Positions 1 to 10,010 of a stretch of 64,000 bases of DNA are shown here, piece after piece. Source of the DNA: Actinomycetes bacterium (GTDB taxonomy: Bacteria; Actinomycetota; CADDZG01; JAHWKV01); assembly GCA_029263075.1 (NCBI GenBank), contig JAJCYE010000108.1, positions 7,675 through 71,674 of the forward strand, in the 5' to 3' direction. Below the pieces are notes generated by a model. It was given only the letters and a program-made list of their open reading frames with translations, was not told where the DNA came from and searched no databases. How positions within the stretch are numbered: position 1 is the stretch's first letter; every line of letters starts with the position of its first letter. The position numbers and the translations under genes are program-made.

Positions 1-311
1 TGCGGATGTACGAAAGGCGGGGGTTGATCGAACCGCAGCGTACGCAGGGCAACAGCCGGCGGTACTCCGAGGAGGACGTGGAACGCCTTCGCCGGATCGC
101 CGAGCTTACCCAGGAACACGGTCTCAACCTTGCCGGGGTCCGCATTGTTATGGAGTTGGAGCGGCAGGTTGAGGAGCTCGGCAAACGCCTGGAGCGGTCC
201 AACCGCCGGCTGGCCGCGGCCGAGCGCAAGCTGCAAGAAGCCCGTCAACAGGGCCGGCCCCGTGGGGTGCTGGTGCGCCTGGCAGACGTGGCAAGCATTT
301 TCGATAGATAG
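1..311 (+). CDS. hspR: MerR-family heat-shock repressor HspR (5' partial, runs off window start)
   Basis: MerR HTH N-terminus (RTQGNSRRYSEEDVERLRRIAEL) plus coiled-coil tail. It lies directly upstream of clpB, as in actinobacterial HspR regulons. Confidence 0.7.
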   Translation, partial: RMYERRGLIEPQRTQGNSRRYSEEDVERLRRIAELTQEHGLNLAGVRIVMELERQVEELGKRLERSNRRLAAAERKLQEARQQGRPRGVLVRLADVASIFDR

Positions 312-360
312 CTGTTCAGTTGAAGGCAGTCCTTGAGGATGGGCTGGAGGTGAAGAACCG

Positions 361-2964
361 ATGGATATGAACAAACTGACTCACAAGTCTCAGGAGGCAC
401 TGGCCCGGGCGGCTGAACTCGCCACTGCGAACAACCACCAGGTGATCGCCCCCGAACACCTGATGAAGGCGCTGGTGAGCGACCCGGCGGGCGTTGTGTT
501 CGGGCTGGTCCAAAAGCTCGGTGTGACACCGAAGGTCCTGCAGGACCGGGTGGACGACGCGCTGAGCCGCATGCCGAAGGTCTACAGCTCGGGCGGTCAG
601 GCCCGGATGTCGCAGGATCTCAGCCGGGTTCTGGAAAAGGCGTTCCACGAAGCCGAGCAACTTACCGACGACTACGTCTCCGCGGAGCATCTGTTGCTGG
701 CCCTGGTCGACGGCGCCGCCGGACTCAAGAAAATGTTCAAAGAATTCAACATCGACCGGGACTCGGTCCTGGCCGCCCTGGTCGATGTGCGCGGCTCTCA
801 GAGGGTGACCTCGCAGAACCCGGAGGAGACCTACAAGGCCTTGGAGAAGTTCGGCCGGGACCTGACGGACGCCGCCCGCAAGGGCAAGCTGGACCCGGTT
901 ATCGGCCGGGACGATGAGATCCGGCGAGTTATCCAGGTCCTGTCCCGCCGGACCAAGAACAACCCGGTCCTGATCGGTGAACCCGGGGTAGGCAAGACGG
1001 CAATCGTTGAAGGAATTGCCAACCGAATCGTCGACGGCGATGTTCCCGAAGGTATCAAGTCCAAGCGGATCATCGCCTTGGACCTGGGCGGAATGGTTGC
1101 CGGCGCCAAGTACCGGGGCGAGTTCGAGGAACGGCTCAAGGCCGTCCTCAAGGAGATCGCGGACAGCCAGGGCGAGATCATCACCTTCCTGGATGAGCTC
1201 CACACGGTGGTCGGAGCCGGAGCCGCCGAGGGGGCGGTGGACGCCGGCAACCTGCTCAAGCCGATGCTGGCTCGGGGGGAGTTGCGGATGATCGGAGCCA
1301 CCACACTCGACGAATACTCCAAACACATAGAGAAGGACCCGGCGTTGGAGCGGCGGTTTCAGCCGGTGGTGGTCGGCCAGCCTTCGGTGGAAGACACCAT
1401 TGCAATCTTGCGGGGACTGAAAGAACGCTACGAAGTGCATCACGGTGTCCGGATCCAGGACGCGGCGCTGGTGGCCTCGGCGGTTCTGTCGGATCGCTAC
1501 GTGACCGCCCGCTTCCTGCCCGACAAAGCCATCGACCTGATCGACGAGGCGGCCAGCCGGCTTCGGATCGAGATCGACTCGATGCCGGTGGAGATCGACG
1601 TGGTGGAGCGGCGGGTCAAGCAGTTGGAAATCGAACGAACGGCCCTGCGCAAAGAGACCGATGCGGCTTCCAAGGCCCGGCTGGACAAGCTGGAGGAGGA
1701 GCTGGCCCGGCTGCAGGAGACCTCGACCGCGCTCAAGGCGCACTGGGGACTGGAGAAGGAGGCCATCGACCGGATCCGCCGGATCAAGGCCGAAATCGAC
1801 CAGACCCGGACTTCTGCCGAGCGGGCCGAGCGAGAGGGCAATTTGAACGCCGCCGCCGAGTTGCGCTACGGAAAGCTGGTGGAGCTCAACCGCTCCCTGG
1901 AGGAGGCCAACGCCAAGCTGGACGAACTCCAGATATCCAACAAGATGCTGAAGGAGGAGGTCGACGAGCAGGACATCGCCGAGGTGGTCAGCAAGTGGGT
2001 GGGGATCCCGGTCTCCAAGCTGATCCAGGGCGAGGTGCAAAAGCTGATTCATATGGAGGACGGCCTGCACCAGCGGGTGGTCGGCCAGGACGAAGCGGTC
2101 GCGGCAGTGGCCAACGCCATCCGTCGTTCCCGCTCCGGGCTGTCGGATCCGCACCGGCCCATCGGCAGCTTCATCTTCCTGGGGCCCACCGGCGTCGGCA
2201 AAACCGAGTTGGCCCGGGCGCTGGCCGAGTTCTTGTTCGACGACGAGCGGGCGATGGTCCGGCTGGACATGAGCGAATACCTGGAGAAGCACTCGGTGGC
2301 CCGCCTGTACGGCGCCCCTCCGGGATACGTCGGCTACGAGGAGGGGGGCCAGTTGACCGAGGCGGTGCGCCGCCGCCCGTACTCGGTGGTCCTTTTGGAT
2401 GAGATCGAAAAGGCCCATCCGGACGTGTTCAACTCTTTGCTGCAAGTGTTGGACGACGGCAAGATGACCGACGGCCGCGGACGCAATGTGGACTTCCGCA
2501 ACACCATCATCATCATGACCAGCAACATCGGCAGCGACTGGATCCTCTCCGAGCCCGATCCCGAGCGGATGCGGGAGAAGGTGATGGAGGCGGTCTCCAT
2601 GACCTTTAAACCCGAGTTCATCAACCGGATCGACGACATCGTGGTCTTCCACCGGCTCAGTCGGGAACACATCGCCGATATCGTGCGGCTCCAGGCCCGA
2701 GGGCTGGCCGGCCGCCTGGAGTCCCGCGGTATCGGGATGGTGTTGACCGACGCCGCCCTGGACTACCTGGCGGAGAAGGGTTACGACCCGTCTTTCGGCG
2801 CCCGGCCTATGAAGCGGCTGATCGCCCGGGAACTCGCCGACCGGTTGGCCCTGGACATGCTGCAGGGCAACTTCGGTGAAGGCGACACGGTGGAGGTGGA
2901 CGCCCAAGGCGGGATCTTGACCTTCAGCCGGACGGCCTCCGGCGCGGCCCTCAAGTCGGGGTAG
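361..2964 (+). CDS. clpB: ATP-dependent chaperone ClpB
   Basis: 867 aa with a Clp N-domain and two AAA+ modules. Walker A motifs GEPGVGKT and GPTGVGKT are present, and there is a long middle coiled coil. Confidence 0.95.
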   Translation: MDMNKLTHKSQEALARAAELATANNHQVIAPEHLMKALVSDPAGVVFGLVQKLGVTPKVLQDRVDDALSRMPKVYSSGGQARMSQDLSRVLEKAFHEAEQLTDDYVSAEHLLLALVDGAAGLKKMFKEFNIDRDSVLAALVDVRGSQRVTSQNPEETYKALEKFGRDLTDAARKGKLDPVIGRDDEIRRVIQVLSRRTKNNPVLIGEPGVGKTAIVEGIANRIVDGDVPEGIKSKRIIALDLGGMVAGAKYRGEFEERLKAVLKEIADSQGEIITFLDELHTVVGAGAAEGAVDAGNLLKPMLARGELRMIGATTLDEYSKHIEKDPALERRFQPVVVGQPSVEDTIAILRGLKERYEVHHGVRIQDAALVASAVLSDRYVTARFLPDKAIDLIDEAASRLRIEIDSMPVEIDVVERRVKQLEIERTALRKETDAASKARLDKLEEELARLQETSTALKAHWGLEKEAIDRIRRIKAEIDQTRTSAERAEREGNLNAAAELRYGKLVELNRSLEEANAKLDELQISNKMLKEEVDEQDIAEVVSKWVGIPVSKLIQGEVQKLIHMEDGLHQRVVGQDEAVAAVANAIRRSRSGLSDPHRPIGSFIFLGPTGVGKTELARALAEFLFDDERAMVRLDMSEYLEKHSVARLYGAPPGYVGYEEGGQLTEAVRRRPYSVVLLDEIEKAHPDVFNSLLQVLDDGKMTDGRGRNVDFRNTIIIMTSNIGSDWILSEPDPERMREKVMEAVSMTFKPEFINRIDDIVVFHRLSREHIADIVRLQARGLAGRLESRGIGMVLTDAALDYLAEKGYDPSFGARPMKRLIARELADRLALDMLQGNFGEGDTVEVDAQGGILTFSRTASGAALKSG

Positions 2965-3027
2965 CGGGGGCCGCAGAAGAGCCTGGACGGAATTCGGGTG
3001 GGCCGGGAAGTGAAGGTCCACCCGACT

Positions 3028-3080
3028 TCCGTCTCACCTTTTATATCGACCGGGTGGCCGTAGCCGAAATAACGGACCGC
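3028..3080 (+). terminator. Candidate intrinsic terminator downstream of clpB
   Basis: An imperfect GC-rich hairpin (GGGAAGT...ACTTCC) is followed by the T-rich tract tctcaccttttatat. Confidence 0.35.
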
Positions 3081-3137
3081 GAACAGTTGGTGAACGAATC
3101 GGGTCGCGCCGCCTACCGGGCTTGATACGCTAGTGGA

Positions 3138-3509
3138 ATGTCCGCAGAACCTGCCGCAGACGCCCCCGGAGTACGCAAGCTGGTGGCCGAGCCCCAGCGC
3201 CACTCCATCCGCATGACCGCGGATCGGATCCTGGTTATGTCGCCCAAAGAGATTGGCGAACGAAAGAGCCGGGGCGGCATCCTCATTCCGGCGACGGTTG
3301 ACTCGGAGACCAAAAAGGCGGTCTGGGGCGAGGTCGTAGCCGTCGGGCCCATGGTGCGCAGCGCCGAAACCGGCGACCTGGTCCTGTTCGGTCCCGAGAG
3401 CGCATACGAACTGGAGATTCGCGCCGAGGAGTACGTCGTTCTCAAAGAGAGAGATATCCACGCCGTGGCCTCCGGCCGCAGCGAAGGCACCACCGGCCTG
3501 TATCTGTAG
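3138..3509 (+). CDS. GroES/Cpn10-family co-chaperonin-like protein with about 23-aa N-terminal extension
   Basis: GroES signature blocks are present: DRILV, GGILIP, GEVVAVGP, GDLVLF and EEYVVLKERDIHAV. No groEL is adjacent. Confidence 0.65.
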   Translation: MSAEPAADAPGVRKLVAEPQRHSIRMTADRILVMSPKEIGERKSRGGILIPATVDSETKKAVWGEVVAVGPMVRSAETGDLVLFGPESAYELEIRAEEYVVLKERDIHAVASGRSEGTTGLYL

Positions 3510-3534
3510 GCGGCCGGAAGACCCCCGGCGTCGG

Positions 3535-3717
3535 TTAGCCCTCCTTTTGCCGCGGCATTCTTTCCGGGGCGGGGATGGTCGCCTCCGCTTTTCGATCCGC
3601 CCGGGTCTTTTGCATCCGGTCGGCGTGCACCTCCCAATAGTGGCGCCGTACCGCGGGGCCGACCGACCAGCCCTCAGGCACCTGGATGGTGGCCCCGCAT
3701 GTCCTGCACACTGCCAT
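3535..3717 (-). CDS. Small hypothetical CxxC protein (about 60 aa; internal ATG start chosen over the longer ORF)
   Basis: MAVCRTCGATIQVPEGW... with a single CxxC. The ORF lies between the GroES-like and sigma-factor genes. Weak support. Confidence 0.25.
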   Translation of the reverse strand: MAVCRTCGATIQVPEGWSVGPAVRRHYWEVHADRMQKTRADRKAEATIPAPERMPRQKEG

Positions 3718-3898
3718 CTCGACCTCCCGTGAAGTGATTTGCGGCGGGGAAGCGGGACTACCGTATTCAACCGGGGTGACAACTTTTGGGGATCGGCTGT
3801 CACAATGCGGCTCCGGGCGGTGCTGAAAGGGTATGGAGGCAGATTCCGCAACCATCCCCGACTCCGGCCCCTACCTTCGAACAAGGAAGTCCAGGCCG

Positions 3899-4381
3899 AT
3901 GTCTGACGGATTCGAACGGCTCTTCAACGCCGAATACCCGCGGGTGGTCTCCATAGCGAACCGCGTTGTACGGGACCGAGCCGAAGCCGAGGATGTGGCC
4001 CAGGAGGTGTTCCTGGCTTTTTCCCGTAAACACTCGCCTTTTGCCGACTACGCACCGGCCTGGCTTCATCGGGCGGCAACCAACGCCGCTCTCAACCAGG
4101 TGCGGGGCCGGAGGCGCCGGGAGCAGCGGGAGTCGTTCAGTCAGGCCGGCGCCGCAAGCGCCGAGCCCGGTGTCGACGAACTGATCGTGCAGCGGGAGGA
4201 GCAAAGGGCGGTTCGTGAAGCCCTGGCCCGCTTGCCGAAACGTAGTGCGGCCGTTCTGGCGTTGAGATCGAGCGGCTTGACCTATGCCGAGACCGCTGCG
4301 GCGCTCGGGGTGGGGGTCGGGCAGGTTGGAACAATGTTGCGGCGGGCCGAGGCCCGCCTGCTCAAGGAGGTCCGAAAATGA
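3899..4381 (+). CDS. ECF (sigma-70 family) RNA polymerase sigma factor
   Basis: Region 2 (DVAQEVFLAF...WLHRAATNAALNQVR) and region 4 HTH (LTYAETAAALGVGVGQVGTMLRRA) are both present. ATG at 3899 chosen; the longer ORF starts at 3833. Confidence 0.8.
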   Translation: MSDGFERLFNAEYPRVVSIANRVVRDRAEAEDVAQEVFLAFSRKHSPFADYAPAWLHRAATNAALNQVRGRRRREQRESFSQAGAASAEPGVDELIVQREEQRAVREALARLPKRSAAVLALRSSGLTYAETAAALGVGVGQVGTMLRRAEARLLKEVRK

Positions 4382-5532
4382 GGCACATCTCAAAGGGAGC
4401 CCTGCGGCAAATGCTGGACCAGCCGCAATTGTTGGCCCCCAAGCGGCGGGCGCACCTGCAGTCCTGCGCGAAGTGTCGCACCGTGGCGGCGGCCGTGGTG
4501 GCGGATGCGGGACGGGTGGCGGTTCTGATGGAGGGATCGGGCAAGGTAACGGCCGACCCCGCACCGGCACTCAGCGCGCTACGTTCCGGCGGGCTCAATC
4601 CTCTATCGGTGTCATCCGGCAGCCGGAGCTGGCGCTTCGGTTCCCGCCCCATGTTGCGGCCGGTTCTGGGCGTGGCGCTGGTCGGCCTGATGGGCACGTT
4701 GTTGGTGGGGACCGGGGTTGCCGGCAACCTGATCAAAATCTTCGAGCCGGACAAGCTGGTGGCTGTCCCGGTGGATATTCAGACGCTGAGCTCACTGCCG
4801 GATCTGCGCAACTACGGCGAGATCACTATGGTGTCCGAGCCCACGTTTTCGGCCGCGGCCAACATGGCCGACGCGGCCCGGCTGACCGGCCTGACCCTGT
4901 TGGAGCCGGTCAAGATGCCTTCGGGAGTGGGGGTTGAGCGGATTCAGGTTGCGAGCGCCGGTACCGCCTCCTTCACCTTCGACGCTGCAAGGGCACGGGC
5001 CGCGGGCGACGGCAACGCTGTTCCGGACAAGCTCGACGGGAGCAGCCTGTTTCTCCAGGCAGGTCCGTTGGTCGTTCAAACCTTCGGGGGTCCGGCCGAT
5101 CGAGTCGAAGACCTTGCGGTGGCCGAGCAGGCCGCCCGGGCGGCGTCCGCCCCGGAGCAGGTTGATCTGGCAGGGTTGCTATCCAGCCTGCCGGACTTGA
5201 TGATCGTTCAGATGAAGTCGCCCGTAGTTTCATCCAACGGCCCGACGGTGGCCGAGTACCGCGACGCCCTGCTGACGCTTCCCAATCTGTCGCCGGCGCT
5301 CAAGGCTCAGATAGAGGCGGTCGGTGACCCGTCTACCACCCTGCCCCTGCCGATCCCCATCGACCTGGCTTCATCCCGCAGGGTCGACATCAACGGGGCG
5401 GCCGGCCTGGCGGTTGGCGACAACACCGGCGTGGGTAGCGGTGTGGTCTGGCAGTCCGGCGGCGTGGTGCGGGCGGTTGCCGGAACGCTGGCCGAAGACG
5501 AGGTGCTGGCGATAGCACGATCCATGCGCTGA
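4378..5532 (+). CDS. Putative membrane-spanning anti-sigma factor (ZAS-like HxxxCxxC motif)
   Basis: ATGA overlap with the sigma gene stop. The N-terminus carries H-LQS-C-AK-C (HxxxCxxC), then one TM helix (PVLGVALVGLMGTLLVGTGVAG) and an extracytoplasmic domain of about 250 aa. Confidence 0.55.
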   Translation: MRHISKGALRQMLDQPQLLAPKRRAHLQSCAKCRTVAAAVVADAGRVAVLMEGSGKVTADPAPALSALRSGGLNPLSVSSGSRSWRFGSRPMLRPVLGVALVGLMGTLLVGTGVAGNLIKIFEPDKLVAVPVDIQTLSSLPDLRNYGEITMVSEPTFSAAANMADAARLTGLTLLEPVKMPSGVGVERIQVASAGTASFTFDAARARAAGDGNAVPDKLDGSSLFLQAGPLVVQTFGGPADRVEDLAVAEQAARAASAPEQVDLAGLLSSLPDLMIVQMKSPVVSSNGPTVAEYRDALLTLPNLSPALKAQIEAVGDPSTTLPLPIPIDLASSRRVDINGAAGLAVGDNTGVGSGVVWQSGGVVRAVAGTLAEDEVLAIARSMR

Positions 5533-5534
5533 CC

Positions 5535-6455
5535 TTGGTAGAAGCCCTACCGCAAGAAGCCGCAGCCATCCACACCGTAGGCCTGACCAAGGCCTACGGT
5601 GGCGTCCGGGCGGTCAGCGACCTTTCTATGACCGTACCCAGGGGGGAGATCTTCGGCTTTTTGGGTCCGAACGGCGCCGGCAAGACCACCTCGGTGAAAC
5701 TTCTTACCGGTTTGGCGAAGGCCACCAGCGGAACTGCCTGGGTTCTGGGTAAACCGGCGGGAGACGTGGCCAACCGCGCCCGCATCGGCTATCTACCCGA
5801 GCTGTTCCGCTATCAGGCCTGGATGAGCGCGCTGGAGGTCCTACAGCTTCACTGCGAACTGGCGGGCATACCCAAAGCCGGGCGCAAGGCTGAGACCGAG
5901 AACGCCCTGGTCACCGTGGGCCTGGCCGACCGGGCCAACGACCGGGTGGCCACTTTCTCCAAAGGTATGCAGCAGCGGCTGGGGCTGGGAGTCGCCCTGC
6001 TGGGGACGCCCGATCTCGTGTTTTTGGACGAGCCGACCTCGGCGCTTGATCCCGTGGGCCGCAAGGAGGTCCGGGACGTCATCTTGGAACTCCGCGGCCG
6101 GGGAGTCACCGTCTTTTTGAACTCCCACCTGCTCAGCGAGGTACAGCAGGTTTGCGACAGGGTGGCGGTGGTAGACCGGGGCAAGGTGGTGGCGTCGGGG
6201 ACCATGGCCGATCTGTTGGGGCTGGGCGAAATCCGGATCCGAGTGACCGAACTGGACGGGGACGCCATGCGGGCGGCCGCAGGTTTCGGCTCGGCGAACA
6301 AGGACGGGGAGTGGTTGACCGTGGCGGGCGTAACCCCGGAGAGGGTGCCCGACCTGGTTGCGGAATTGGTGCGTTCGGGCGGCCGGATTCACGCCGTAGA
6401 GCGGGGCCGCAAGACCCTGGAGGAGATCTTCATCAAGTTGGTTGAGCGCCCGTGA
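5535..6455 (+). CDS. ABC transporter ATP-binding protein
   Basis: Walker A GPNGAGKTT, signature-like FSKGMQQR and Walker B LVFLDEPTSALD. The ORF track uses a non-ATG start. Confidence 0.85.
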   Translation: MVEALPQEAAAIHTVGLTKAYGGVRAVSDLSMTVPRGEIFGFLGPNGAGKTTSVKLLTGLAKATSGTAWVLGKPAGDVANRARIGYLPELFRYQAWMSALEVLQLHCELAGIPKAGRKAETENALVTVGLADRANDRVATFSKGMQQRLGLGVALLGTPDLVFLDEPTSALDPVGRKEVRDVILELRGRGVTVFLNSHLLSEVQQVCDRVAVVDRGKVVASGTMADLLGLGEIRIRVTELDGDAMRAAAGFGSANKDGEWLTVAGVTPERVPDLVAELVRSGGRIHAVERGRKTLEEIFIKLVERP

Positions 6456-7309
6456 AAAAGATCGCGATTTTCGCCAAGCTGACCCTGCGGGAGTCGTTGC
6501 GAAAGAAGGTCGTGTTGGTCCTGCTGGGCCTAACCGTCCTGGTCATCGTCCTGAGCGCGGTCGGCATGTCCCGCTTGGTGAATACCGGGCTTGCGGGCAG
6601 CTCGCCCGGCGACATCCGGGCCGCCATCTCCTTCGTCCTAATCCTCATCATGTTCGCCTACTCGTTCGTCTTGGCCCTTAGCGCAGTCTTCTTCACGGTT
6701 CCCGCCATCGCCGGGGATCTGGAGACCGGCACTGCGCTTGCCATCCTCAGCCGGCCGGTCAGCCGGGCTCACCTGCTGCTCGGGAGGTGGCTGGGCCTGG
6801 TGGTCCTGACTGCGGCCTATGTTGCGGTGGCCAGTTCCGCCGAGTTCTTGGTGGTCAGGGTGGTGACCGGCTATTCGCCGCCCCACCCGCTGATGTTCAT
6901 CTTCTATATGACCGCCGAGACGGTGGTGATCCTCACCCTGGCGCTGCTCGTGTCGACCCGGTTGGCGCCCGTCGCAGGCGGCGTGATTGTGCTGGGGAGT
7001 TTTATGTTGGCGTGGATGGGCGGGGTGGCGATTTCGCTCGGTCGACAGTTCTCCGTGCAGGCCCTTGAAACCGGGGGGACGGTAACCCGGCTGATGCTCC
7101 CGTCCGACGGTATGTGGAAGGGGGCGGCCTACAGCCTGGAGCCGGCGGCGTTGCTGGCGACCGCCCGGGCCCAGGGCGCCGACGGCATTGCGAACTTCCC
7201 CTTCTTCTCTTTGTCCCCGCCCGCCGGGTCCTACCTCGCCTGGACTGCCGGGTGGATCCTGGCCATCCTGTGGCTTGCGATCTGGAGCTTTAACCGCCGG
7301 GAGATATGA
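6452..7309 (+). CDS. ABC-2 family transporter permease
   Basis: GTGA overlap with the upstream ATPase. Six predicted TM helices in an ABC-2-like topology. Confidence 0.65.
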   Translation: MKKIAIFAKLTLRESLRKKVVLVLLGLTVLVIVLSAVGMSRLVNTGLAGSSPGDIRAAISFVLILIMFAYSFVLALSAVFFTVPAIAGDLETGTALAILSRPVSRAHLLLGRWLGLVVLTAAYVAVASSAEFLVVRVVTGYSPPHPLMFIFYMTAETVVILTLALLVSTRLAPVAGGVIVLGSFMLAWMGGVAISLGRQFSVQALETGGTVTRLMLPSDGMWKGAAYSLEPAALLATARAQGADGIANFPFFSLSPPAGSYLAWTAGWILAILWLAIWSFNRREI

Positions 7310-7356
7310 CCGGCGGCCCACCTTTGGTCGGTTATCCTGGGATTTTGGAGAGGAAA

Positions 7357-8577
7357 ATGAAGCTGGTAACCATCGACGATGTCCGCGAGGCCCAGACCCT
7401 TCTCAAGGGGGTCGCCGACCCGACGCCCCTGGAGTTGTCCCGAGCCGTTTCCGAACGTTGCGGTGGGACCGTCTACCTCAAGTGCGAGAACCTCCAGCGC
7501 ACCGGTGCCTTCAAAATCCGCGGCGCCTACAACCGGATAGCGCGACTGGACGACGCAGAACGGGCCAGGGGCATCGTGGCGGCCAGCGCCGGGAACCACG
7601 CCCAGGGGGTGGCGCTGGCCGCCCAGCTTCTTGGGGTGCAGGCCACCGTCTACATGCCCGAGGGTGCGGCAATCCCCAAGGTTGAGGCCACCGCCCGCTA
7701 CGGCGCCCACGTGGTGTTGGAGGGCCAGATCTACGATGAGGCCTTCCACGCTGCCGAGGCGTACGCCGAGAAGACCGGGGCAGTGATGATCCACCCGTTC
7801 GACCACGCCGACGTCATCGCCGGGCAGGGCACCATTTCACTGGAGATCCTCGAGCAGTTGCCGGAGACCGCAACCATTGTGGTCCCGGTGGGCGGGGGAG
7901 GCCTGATCTCGGGCATCGCCTGCGCCGCCAAGGCCCTGAAGCCGTCGATCCGGATCGTCGGGGTGGAGCCCGAGGGGGCCGCAAGTGTCAGCCGCGCCTG
8001 GGAGAACGGCGCGGTCATCCCACTGGACACCCTTTCGACAGTCGCCGACGGCCTGGCCGCCCGCACTGCCGGAGCCTTGTGCCTGACCCACGTCCAATCG
8101 TTTGTCGACCAGATAGTCACCGTCAACGACGAACAGATCGCCGAAGCGCTCCTGCTGATCGCCGAGCGGGCGAAGATGGTCGTCGAGCCTGCCGGCGCCG
8201 CCGGCGTGGCTGCGCTGATGGCCGGCACCGCAGATGTCAGCTATCCGGTGGTGGTGTTGCTTTCCGGAGGCAACATCGACCCCCTGCTGTTGTTGAGGGT
8301 CATCCGCTACGGCATGGGCACCGCCGGGCGCTTCTTGTCCTTCGCCACCCAACTTCCCGACCGTGCCGGCGAGTTGACCCGGCTGTCGGGCGTGATCTCG
8401 GATTCCGGCGCCAACGTCATAGGCGTGGAGCACCGCCGCGACGGGGTGGCCAACCGTTTGTTGGGCGATGTGGAGATCACCATGCAACTGGAGACCCGTG
8501 GCCCCGAGCACGTCAAAAGCGTTATCGCCATCCTGGAAGAAAACGGCTTCAAGCCGTACGCACTCTCCCTCACCTGA
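7357..8577 (+). CDS. ilvA: Threonine ammonia-lyase (threonine dehydratase) with C-terminal ACT-like domain
   Basis: PLP-lysine motif LKCENLQRTGAFKIRGA and the glycine-rich loop GGGGL. GGAGAGG RBS before the ATG at 7357; an alternative ATG at 7306 overlaps the upstream stop. Confidence 0.85.
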   Translation: MKLVTIDDVREAQTLLKGVADPTPLELSRAVSERCGGTVYLKCENLQRTGAFKIRGAYNRIARLDDAERARGIVAASAGNHAQGVALAAQLLGVQATVYMPEGAAIPKVEATARYGAHVVLEGQIYDEAFHAAEAYAEKTGAVMIHPFDHADVIAGQGTISLEILEQLPETATIVVPVGGGGLISGIACAAKALKPSIRIVGVEPEGAASVSRAWENGAVIPLDTLSTVADGLAARTAGALCLTHVQSFVDQIVTVNDEQIAEALLLIAERAKMVVEPAGAAGVAALMAGTADVSYPVVVLLSGGNIDPLLLLRVIRYGMGTAGRFLSFATQLPDRAGELTRLSGVISDSGANVIGVEHRRDGVANRLLGDVEITMQLETRGPEHVKSVIAILEENGFKPYALSLT

Positions 8578-8664
8578 GGCCGACCGTAAATTAACCTGCC
8601 GGCCATCTGGGGCGGGGGTCCGGCCGGAGGTCTGCTGTTACCCTCGATTGGGTATCCACCGAGT

Positions 8665-9978
8665 ATGGGAGACGATCAAGCGAGCGCGCGCTGCAGAGTG
8701 GTAGTGGTTGGAGGGGGGTTTGGTGGCCTGGAAACCGTCCGTGCCCTTGCCGATGCCCCGGTTGACGTCACCGTCATCGACCGGCGCAATCACCACCTGT
8801 TCCAGCCGCTGCTCTACCAGGTGGCCACAGCTTCGCTCAACCCGAGTGAGATCGCGGCGCCCATTCGCCGGATCCTGCGACAACAGGCCAACGCCGAGGT
8901 CTTTTTGGGCAACGTTGTCGGGGTCGACCGGGCCTCCCGCAAGGTGCTGCTGCTCGACGGTGAAGTGGAGTACGACTATCTGGTCCTGGCGGCCGGCGTA
9001 ACCCACTCCTATTTCGGGCACGACGAATGGGCGCGGTACGCCCCCGGCTTGAAGACCATCACCGATGCCTTGGAGATGCGCCGGCGGATCTTCATCGCCT
9101 TCGAGGCAGCCGAACGGGAGGGGCACCCCGGTCGCCGCGATGCCTGGCTGACCTTCGTGATTGTCGGTGCCGGCCCCACCGGGGTGGAGATGGCGGGGGC
9201 CCTCGCCGAGATCGCCCGGCGTACGCTCCGATCGGATTTCCGGCACATCGACCCCCGCTCCGCCCGGATCATCCTGGTCGAGGGAGCGCCGAGGGTGCTT
9301 CCGGCCATGCGCGAGAGGTTGTCGGTGAAGGCCCGCGCCCAACTGGTGAAGTTGGGTGTCCAGGTGCGGACCGACTCCCAAGTGACCTCCATCGACGAAA
9401 CCGGCGTCAGCATCGGCGAGGACCACATCAGCGCCCGCACCGTCCTGTGGGCGGCGGGAGTATCGGCTTCCCCGCTGGCCGGGACTTTGGGGGTGCCCCT
9501 GGACCGGGCCGGCCGGGTATTGGTGAACCCGGACCTGACGCTTCCCGGTGATGACCGGATCTACGTGATCGGTGACCTGGCGAGCATCACCCAGAAGGGC
9601 AAACCGGTGCCGGGGGTGGCCCCCGCGGCCATGCAGCAGGGTAAGCACGCCGGTTTGAACATAGAGCGGGCCAATGAGGGACTAAAACCCGAGCCGTTCC
9701 ACTACCGCGACAAGGGCACTATGGCGACGATCGGCCGGGCGGCCGGGGTGGCGGACATCGGCGGCCTCCGGCTGTCGGGTGCACTTGCGTGGTTGTGCTG
9801 GCTGCTGGTCCACATCTGGTTTTTGATCGGGTTCCGCAACCGCTTTGTGGTGATGCTGGAGTGGGCCCGCTCTTACCTGACCTACGAAAAACAAGCCCGG
9901 CTGATCACCGGGGAGGTTGAAAACCTCTTATTGGAGCCCGAAGCAGCTGCTCCCACCCGGCCCGACGGCGGAGCTTAG
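8665..9978 (+). CDS. ndh: Type II NADH:quinone oxidoreductase (NDH-2)
   Basis: Two Rossmann GxGxxG motifs (VVVVGGGFGG and VIVGAGPTGVE) and a C-terminal membrane-anchor helix. Confidence 0.8.
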   Translation: MGDDQASARCRVVVVGGGFGGLETVRALADAPVDVTVIDRRNHHLFQPLLYQVATASLNPSEIAAPIRRILRQQANAEVFLGNVVGVDRASRKVLLLDGEVEYDYLVLAAGVTHSYFGHDEWARYAPGLKTITDALEMRRRIFIAFEAAEREGHPGRRDAWLTFVIVGAGPTGVEMAGALAEIARRTLRSDFRHIDPRSARIILVEGAPRVLPAMRERLSVKARAQLVKLGVQVRTDSQVTSIDETGVSIGEDHISARTVLWAAGVSASPLAGTLGVPLDRAGRVLVNPDLTLPGDDRIYVIGDLASITQKGKPVPGVAPAAMQQGKHAGLNIERANEGLKPEPFHYRDKGTMATIGRAAGVADIGGLRLSGALAWLCWLLVHIWFLIGFRNRFVVMLEWARSYLTYEKQARLITGEVENLLLEPEAAAPTRPDGGA

Positions 9979-10010
9979 CCCGGCGGTCGAGGCCGTTCGA
10001 TCGAATCGTT

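Noticed and set aside
311-361. Possible HspR-binding HAIR element (CTTGAGT-N7-ACTCAAG) in the hspR-clpB intergenic region
   Set aside because: Only one half-site-like CTTGAG is present and there is no inverted partner. The functional HAIR is probably upstream of hspR, outside the window.
316-3021. 901-aa minus-strand ORF antisense to clpB
   Set aside because: It is low-complexity (R/G/P/H-rich) with no motifs and is fully antisense to a confidently identified gene. A typical spurious long ORF in high-GC DNA.
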